Both the position numbers and the translations under genes were made by a program. A DNA stretch of 64,000 nucleotides from Spirochaetia bacterium (GTDB taxonomy: Bacteria > Spirochaetota > Spirochaetia > UBA9216), in contig OZ223270.1 of NCBI GenBank assembly GCA_965140585.1, positions 288,001 through 352,000 of the forward strand, in the 5' to 3' direction. Below the pieces are notes generated by a model that had not been told where the DNA came from, searched no databases, and worked only from the letters and a program-made list of their open reading frames with translations. Numbering within the stretch: position 1 is the first letter of the stretch; every line of letters begins with the position of its first letter. Below, in pieces: positions 58,543-64,000 of this stretch.

Positions 58543-59568
58543 TTAAAAAATAACATTCTGCTCCTGCACGGCCCGTTTAATCTGGTCGTGCTGAGTGTTC
58601 AGGTCTTCAATTTCCTTCTGCCAGAAGGCTCGGCTTCCCCAGTCGGGAAAATGCTGCTGAAACTTGTAGTCATGCCGCTGCGAACCGCACCAGCATAGAA
58701 AATAGATCATCCGCATTGCGCGCAGGGGTTCTATAAGCATCAGGGTTTCGGTGTTGAAAGACCGGAACTCCCGGTAGCCTTCAAGGATTAGGGCTATTTC
58801 CTTTCCTGAGTCAGGTGCATGATCGGGCAGTAGAAGCCAGAGATCCTGAACCGGCAGCGACATGGACATATCATCAAAATCTATCACCATAAGCCCCTCT
58901 CCGGGCCGTTCAAGAAGGTTGCCGCTGTGAAAGTCGCCGTGCACACGTATGAGTTCATCATTTCCGTACTCACTGAATAGGTTATCCACCGATTCCTGCA
59001 GTCTGGTGACAGAGGCCTCCAGATCTGCGTACAGTTCCTGCGGAACCCAGTCGGAGCCGAGAAGTTTATCAACATCAGCCGCAAAGCCTTCCGAAGCCGT
59101 AAGCGTAATACGGTTTTTAGCCTGGCGCTCAGAGCCTACGTTGTGAATCCTTGCCAGTAGTGAACCTACCCTGCCCCAGGCTTCCTCATCGGAGGATTCC
59201 CATAGGCGGCCTCCCTTGCGGGGAAATACGGCAAAGGGCATGCCTTCTATACGTCCAAGTGTAGGAGCTGAGGACTCATCCCCGTCGTCAACCAGACCGG
59301 TAAGTTTTAATGGGGCGGCGACAGGGATATCAGAAGCCTCACAGTCAAGGATGAAGCGGTGTTCCTCAAGAATGGCCTTATCGGACCAGCGTCCCGGACG
59401 GTAGAATTTTACGATATAATAATTTCCTTCATCATCCTTAAGCTCGAAAACGCGGTTGATGTAACTGGGCATGGGCTGGGTGTAGCCGGTAAGATCGATA
59501 TCAAGCCCGGCCTCTACAGCGTCGATTACAAGATCGGGTGACAGGTTTTCAAATTCCGATTTATTCAT
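58543..59568 (-). CDS. srkA: Stress response kinase SrkA/RdoA
   Basis: SYINRV, KFYRPGRWS..ILEEH, HGDFHSGN, DFDD, QDLWLLL. Confidence 0.9.
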   Translation of the reverse strand: MNKSEFENLSPDLVIDAVEAGLDIDLTGYTQPMPSYINRVFELKDDEGNYYIVKFYRPGRWSDKAILEEHRFILDCEASDIPVAAPLKLTGLVDDGDESSAPTLGRIEGMPFAVFPRKGGRLWESSDEEAWGRVGSLLARIHNVGSERQAKNRITLTASEGFAADVDKLLGSDWVPQELYADLEASVTRLQESVDNLFSEYGNDELIRVHGDFHSGNLLERPGEGLMVIDFDDMSMSLPVQDLWLLLPDHAPDSGKEIALILEGYREFRSFNTETLMLIEPLRAMRMIYFLCWCGSQRHDYKFQQHFPDWGSRAFWQKEIEDLNTQHDQIKRAVQEQNVIF

Positions 59569-59615
59569 ACTGAAACAAGATAATAATTTGTATGAGTGTT
59601 ATCAAGCGGAAAGTA

Positions 59616-60815
59616 TCATGCGTTGAATTTAATAGTGCAGATAGTTCCTTTATCGTTCACAAGAGTAATTTCACCTTCCAGCTGACTCACCATCATATCT
59701 ATCAGAAACAATCCAAATCCGGACGTCTTCCTGGAAATATAATCTTCAGAAAGGCCCAGGCCGTTATCCCTGATCTCCAATATGACTTTCCCTTTAATCT
59801 GATGCATGCTTAATTCAATCTTTCCTGATTGTCTTCCAATAAATGCATATTTCATTGCGTTTGTTATCAGCTCATTCACGATAATCCCAATCAGAAACAG
59901 CTTTTTCACATCCATAGTAAAATCATCGATATGTTTTTCAAGCTTAATATTATGGACTTCTGAAAAAATTGCCATGACTGCCTGCAACAGATCTTCAAGA
60001 TAATCTTTGACTGAAACCTCATTGAAACTTTCGTTCAAAAGCATCTTCTGATACAGCTGCCCCATACTCTCAACTCTGCCAATCGCATCAAGAAGCGCCG
60101 ATTTGCCTTCTCCATCCGGCATATTATTTGCCTGAAGGCTCAGGAGGGTTTCGATATATACAAAATTATTCTTTATTCGGTGATGAACTTCACGTAGAAT
60201 TATTTCTTTCTGCTCCAGCTGCTGCCTAATTATAACTTCATCTTCCTTCACTTTAATCTGAGCCTGTTTATGAGCTGCCGACTCCTTTTCAAGCAGTATG
60301 TTGGAGTAGCTTAAATCTGATACCATTTTGAAAAATCTGACCAGGAAAGACATCAGATCATCAACATACTCTCTGCTATACCGGGGAACCCTATGAAGCG
60401 CATCGAGATAAAGATCTCTGTCGAAGCCGTATTCTTCTGCCTGCTTGATAAAAACATCCTCATCTACAACATCTTCTTCATAGAAAAACTGTCCCGTAAA
60501 AATGTTTCCTATGTGTTTTCCACCAATATACAGCGGCGTTACAACATCCCAGAGACCGTTTTTACATTTATACGACGCGACTTCGCCCGGTTTGATTCTG
60601 CTGGACAGGTTAAGATCACTTTCAATACAGTTTTTTGCTGATTTATCATTAATCCTGTGAAACTTTGTGCATATATCCTGCCACCCGGTTGCAACAAGAA
60701 TATTTCCTTTTATATCCAGAAGTGCAGAAACCATACCGGTAAATTTATACAGGAGCTCCATAACAGACTGAATTTCTTCACGATTTATAATTTCTTCGAG
60801 ATTGATTTCATCCAT
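59616..60815 (-). CDS. PocR-sensor histidine kinase (HisKA_2 + HATPase), cytoplasmic
   Basis: PocR WQDIC..FHR....C...YKC.NGL...GQF; EVHHRIKNN; NELITNAMKYAF; DNG.G. Confidence 0.88.
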   Translation of the reverse strand: MDEINLEEIINREEIQSVMELLYKFTGMVSALLDIKGNILVATGWQDICTKFHRINDKSAKNCIESDLNLSSRIKPGEVASYKCKNGLWDVVTPLYIGGKHIGNIFTGQFFYEEDVVDEDVFIKQAEEYGFDRDLYLDALHRVPRYSREYVDDLMSFLVRFFKMVSDLSYSNILLEKESAAHKQAQIKVKEDEVIIRQQLEQKEIILREVHHRIKNNFVYIETLLSLQANNMPDGEGKSALLDAIGRVESMGQLYQKMLLNESFNEVSVKDYLEDLLQAVMAIFSEVHNIKLEKHIDDFTMDVKKLFLIGIIVNELITNAMKYAFIGRQSGKIELSMHQIKGKVILEIRDNGLGLSEDYISRKTSGFGLFLIDMMVSQLEGEITLVNDKGTICTIKFNA

Positions 60816-60892
60816 AATAACTAAAATAATAAAGGATTATGTCTTCAGATCAAATAGTAAGCATTGTTTTAATTTATTTCGTTAAAATATTA

Positions 60893-60948
60893 TTGACATT
60901 ATATAGAACTTATTATATATTACTAAAAGCAAATGTTGCTAAGCGCAA
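60893..60948 (+). promoter_or_regulatory. Promoter of the marR-methyltransferase-peptide-rSAM operon with tandem TTGC-N5-GCAA sites
   Basis: TTGACA (60893)-17-TATATT (60916); TTACTAAAAGCAA (60920-60932) and TTGCTAAGCGCAA (60936-60948). Confidence 0.6.
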
Positions 60949-60968
60949 ATATTTCATTATAATTACTA

Positions 60969-61376
60969 TTGGAGAACATTTTGATCGACCAGATACTTGA
61001 GTTGAAAAAAAAGTGTAATTTCGACCGCGAGATAGGAGAAGCCCTTAACCTTAAAGATAAGGAAATTTCCGCCATTGCCGCCATCGCTGAATGCAGTGAA
61101 CTTACATCAAAAGAAGTATCAGATCAGATTTTGCTGTCACCTTCCAGAGGAAGCAGGGTGATAACCGGCCTTATGGAAAAGGGCCTTGTTGAACTTAACC
61201 ACAACAGCGACGACAGAAGGGTTATCAATATCACTCTTACCAGGGCCGGAGAAGCATGCTACTCAAATATGGTTGAAGAAATAAAGAAATGCGAACGGCG
61301 CCTTACAGAGAATCTTACCGAGCAGGAAAAGCTGATTATTTCAGAAGGCCTGCAGATATTACTGAAAACGATATAG
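60969..61376 (+). CDS. MarR family regulator with four Cys
   Basis: LSPSRGSRVITGLMEKGLV and DRR...LT..G winged helix. Confidence 0.88.
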   Translation: MENILIDQILELKKKCNFDREIGEALNLKDKEISAIAAIAECSELTSKEVSDQILLSPSRGSRVITGLMEKGLVELNHNSDDRRVINITLTRAGEACYSNMVEEIKKCERRLTENLTEQEKLIISEGLQILLKTI

Positions 61377-61384
61377 GAGAGAAA

Positions 61385-62047
61385 ATGGCTGAAACAAATA
61401 CTTCAAACGCAATAAATATAAGGTATTCGGATCTGGCGGAAACAAGCTGCTGCCTTTCATGCGGCGGGGCTGTAAATCATAGCAAGGCTAAAACCGGTGA
61501 GGTTTGTGTCGATCTTGGAAGCGGAAGAGGTACTGACGTCCTCAGGCTGGCTGAAGATGTGGGCGAAACAGGTTTTGTATACGGTATTGATCTTTCAGAC
61601 GGGATGATACGGAAAGCCGAAAAAACAGCAGAAAGGCTTGGCGTTAAAAACGTGAAATTTGAACAGGCGGATCTTGAAGCACTTCCGGTTGAAGATTCCA
61701 CCGTTAATCTAGTGATCTCAAACTGTGTAATTAATCATGCTGAAAACAAACAGAATGTATGGAACGAAGTTTACAGAATTCTGAAAAAGGGCGGACGCTT
61801 TGTTGTCAGTGATATCTATTCAAGTGAACCTGTTCCTGAAGAATATAAAAACGATCCTGAAGCAGTAGCAGAATGCTGGGCGGGCTCAGTTACCCGTGAA
61901 GTGTATCTGAATCAGCTTGCTGCAGCGGGATTTAAGGATGTAGAGATTCTTGAAGAAAGCAATCCCTACCCCAAAGGCAAGATTGAAGTTAGCAGCTGGA
62001 CCATTCTGGGCAAAAAACCGGGTGGCTGCAGCTGTAACAATAATTAA
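61385..62047 (+). CDS. Class I SAM methyltransferase, arsenite methyltransferase (ArsM)-like
   Basis: DLGSGRG motif I, SNCVIN, ECWAGS, N-terminal CCLSCGG and C-terminal CSC. ATG 61385 follows an AGGAGA RBS. Confidence 0.82.
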   Translation: MAETNTSNAINIRYSDLAETSCCLSCGGAVNHSKAKTGEVCVDLGSGRGTDVLRLAEDVGETGFVYGIDLSDGMIRKAEKTAERLGVKNVKFEQADLEALPVEDSTVNLVISNCVINHAENKQNVWNEVYRILKKGGRFVVSDIYSSEPVPEEYKNDPEAVAECWAGSVTREVYLNQLAAAGFKDVEILEESNPYPKGKIEVSSWTILGKKPGGCSCNNN

Positions 62048-62058
62048 AGGAGTGGTAG

Positions 62059-62154
62059 ATGAAATCACTTATCAAGAAGAAACCGGAAGGCAAAAAAGAA
62101 GTAGCTCAGTGCTGCGCTAAGCTTTCCAAAGTTGTGGCCGGCTGCCACGATTAA
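62059..62154 (+). CDS. 31-aa Cys-containing RiPP precursor peptide candidate MKSLIKKKPEGKKEVAQCCAKLSKVVAGCHD
   Basis: Below the ORF-track size cutoff and read manually. AAGGAG RBS 6 nt before ATG 62059, TAA at 62152-62154, directly upstream of a SPASM radical SAM gene. Confidence 0.8.
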   Translation: MKSLIKKKPEGKKEVAQCCAKLSKVVAGCHD

Positions 62155-62161
62155 TCCTTTA

Positions 62162-62192
62162 CCGGAGCGGAGGGTTTAATCCTCCGTTCCGG
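62162..62192 (+). other. Strong stem-loop between the precursor and maturase genes
   Basis: CCGGAGCGGAGGG-TTTAA-TCCTCCGTTCCGG: 13-bp stem with 2 G-U pairs and no U-tail. Confidence 0.75.
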
Positions 62193-62217
62193 ATCTTATC
62201 AGGGGCTATTTTAATTT

Positions 62218-63540
62218 ATGGAATATACATTATCGAAACATAATATTATCGGGAAACTTGCGGACTCAGAAAACTGGTACATCGTAAACCCTTTAAGCAG
62301 GAACGCAGACATCATTACTTCTGAAACCGCTGATGCGCTGAATGAGGGAACCTTTACAAATCATGAAGAACTTCTGGAAAAGGGCTACATCGTTGACCTC
62401 ACTGAAGAGGATAAAACATTCAGAACTGAATACCTGAGTTTCATTGACAACCGTGAAACTGATGAAATCCAAATCTTTTATGTACCGACCTATGCCTGCA
62501 ACTTTGCATGTTCATACTGCTACCAGGAAGGCTATTCTCATGATAAGAACGAAAAGCCGCTGGAAGTAATTGATGCATTTTTCAGTTACATCGATAAGGA
62601 ATTCGCCGGACGCAGAAAATATATAACCGTTTTCGGAGGCGAACCTATGCTGCCGGATCCGCTGACCCGGGAAAAACTCGGCCATATTATTAAGAATGCC
62701 AATGAGAGAAATCTGTCTCTTGCCTTTGTGACCAACGGCTATACCCTTGAATCCTACGTTCCGATGCTGCAGATGGCCAGCGTAAGGGAAGTACAGGTTA
62801 CCCTGGACGGACCGGCAGAAGTTCATGATAAGCGCAGAATGCTCAGAGGCGGAAAGGGTACTTTCAGTGAAATAGCCGACGGAATAAATGCAGCTCTCAG
62901 AGCAGACATTCCAATAAACCTGAGGGCGGTTATAGACAGGGACAACCTGCCTTCACTGCCTGAGCTTGCAGAGTTTGCAGTATCACAGGGATGGACCGAT
63001 AATAAACTTTTTAAAACACAGCTCGGCCGAAATTATGAACTGCACTACTGTCAGGCGGATGAGAACAGACTTTACGACAGACTGACAATGTATGCAGATC
63101 TGTATGAGCTTATTAAGAAAAATCCGGTGATAATGCAGTTTCACCGTCCGGCATATTCGATTTCAAGATTTCTATTTGACAACGGAGAGATGCCGGAACC
63201 GCTGTTTGACTCATGTCCGGGCTGCAAAACCGAGTGGGCCTTTGACTACACAGGAAACATCTACTCGTGCACCGCGACAGTCGGTAAGAGCGGAGAAGAA
63301 CTTGGAACTTTTTATCCTTCTGTTACAAGGAAGGAAGAAATAATAGAAGAATGGCAGGATCGCGATGTCACATCAATCAGTGAATGCGCGGACTGTTCAC
63401 TTAAGCTGGCATGCGGCGGAGGCTGTGCTTCTGTAGCCAAGAACAAATCCGGCAGGATTTGCTCCCCTGACTGCCGTCCTGTAGACGGACTGTTGTCATA
63501 CGGACTTTCGCTTTATTTCGGAGAAGAAGCGGAAGCTTAA
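62218..63540 (+). CDS. Radical SAM/SPASM peptide maturase with putative N-terminal RRE
   Basis: CNFACSYC, GGEP, VTNG, TLDG...HD..R; SPASM CPGC...G.IYSC...CADC...CGGGC...C; about 80-aa N-terminal extension ending L..KGYIV. Confidence 0.92.
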   Translation: MEYTLSKHNIIGKLADSENWYIVNPLSRNADIITSETADALNEGTFTNHEELLEKGYIVDLTEEDKTFRTEYLSFIDNRETDEIQIFYVPTYACNFACSYCYQEGYSHDKNEKPLEVIDAFFSYIDKEFAGRRKYITVFGGEPMLPDPLTREKLGHIIKNANERNLSLAFVTNGYTLESYVPMLQMASVREVQVTLDGPAEVHDKRRMLRGGKGTFSEIADGINAALRADIPINLRAVIDRDNLPSLPELAEFAVSQGWTDNKLFKTQLGRNYELHYCQADENRLYDRLTMYADLYELIKKNPVIMQFHRPAYSISRFLFDNGEMPEPLFDSCPGCKTEWAFDYTGNIYSCTATVGKSGEELGTFYPSVTRKEEIIEEWQDRDVTSISECADCSLKLACGGGCASVAKNKSGRICSPDCRPVDGLLSYGLSLYFGEEAEA

Positions 63541-63576
63541 ATAAGTAATTTTAACCCACACGAAAGGAGTTTAGAT

Positions 63577-64000
63577 ATGGCAGGAAAAATTAAAGAGATT
63601 CAGCAGGCAGATTTTGAGAATGAAGTACTGAAAGCAGATAAGGTAGCTGTAGATTTCTACTCAACCGAATGTCCGCCCTGTGAGGCGCTTGCAGCTAAGT
63701 ATGAAAGCCTCAGTATAATATACGGTGATGATATAAAATTTATCAAAATATTCCGTCAGGGAAACAGAGAACTTGCACAGGAACTTGATATCAGCGGTTC
63801 ACCTACAGTTATATTCTATAATAACGGAGAGAGAACCGGAGCAACACTCACAGGCGGGATAAAAAGATCAGAGCTGATGGAAAACCTTGATGCTCTTCTT
63901 CCTGCAGAAAAAGTAGAAGAAATTCATGCAAAGATTGCACCCGTGGTTACCAACGCTGATGTTGTAATCCTCGGCGGCGGGCCTGCAGGTCTTACTGCAG
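63577..64000 (+). CDS. Thioredoxin - thioredoxin reductase-like fusion (3' end beyond window edge)
   Basis: Manual translation gives MAGKIKEI...DFYSTECPPC...SPT...DVVILGGGPAGLTA with no stop between the two domains; AAGGAG RBS. Confidence 0.85.
   Translation, partial: MAGKIKEIQQADFENEVLKADKVAVDFYSTECPPCEALAAKYESLSIIYGDDIKFIKIFRQGNRELAQELDISGSPTVIFYNNGERTGATLTGGIKRSELMENLDALLPAEKVEEIHAKIAPVVTNADVVILGGGPAGLTA

Noticed and set aside
61289-61384. N-terminal extension of the methyltransferase ORF
   Set aside because: It overlaps marR. ATG 61385 has a proper RBS.
62218-63540. This rSAM as the missing GRE activase or as an anaerobic sulfatase maturase
   Set aside because: It has SPASM and RRE-like architecture rather than GRE-activase architecture, lies 56 kb from the GRE, and has no sulfatase nearby.
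1-64000. CRISPR arrays, tRNA/rRNA, IS elements, prophage, selenocysteine read-through
   Set aside because: None seen by eye. Intergenic gaps are short, and no periodic repeats or transposase/integrase motifs were found. A covariance-model scan was not run.

Overview
This is a gene-dense bacterial chromosomal segment, probably from a free-living anaerobic spirochaete. That assignment is inferred from gene content and hypothetical-protein style and was not verified. I found no rRNA, tRNA, CRISPR array, transposase or phage genes. From left to right the window holds: a ROK repressor plus GH94 cellobiose-phosphorylase-like gene (cut by the edge); an uncharacterised glycyl radical enzyme with a TctBAC transporter and a MerR regulator, driven by two near-identical 19-bp-spacer MerR-type promoters; assorted metabolic and signalling genes; pfkA-ppk1; a nested structured-RNA candidate before ptsP; a sulfur-relay CoA-disulfide reductase fusion; a stand-alone molybdopterin enzyme; a TonB-dependent uptake locus; and a hydrogenase-less HydABC/Stn-like transhydrogenase operon followed by transketolase. 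The best candidate for an undescribed system is at the right end (60969-64000). It reads: Cys-rich MarR, ArsM-like methyltransferase, an unannotated 31-aa Cys-containing precursor peptide (MKSLIKKKPEGKKEVAQCCAKLSKVVAGCHD, 62059-62154), a stem-loop, an RRE/radical SAM/SPASM maturase, and a thioredoxin-thioredoxin reductase fusion. This looks like a RiPP cluster with a possible metalloid or thiol-chemistry link. All family calls come from reading motifs by eye; no database searches were run.
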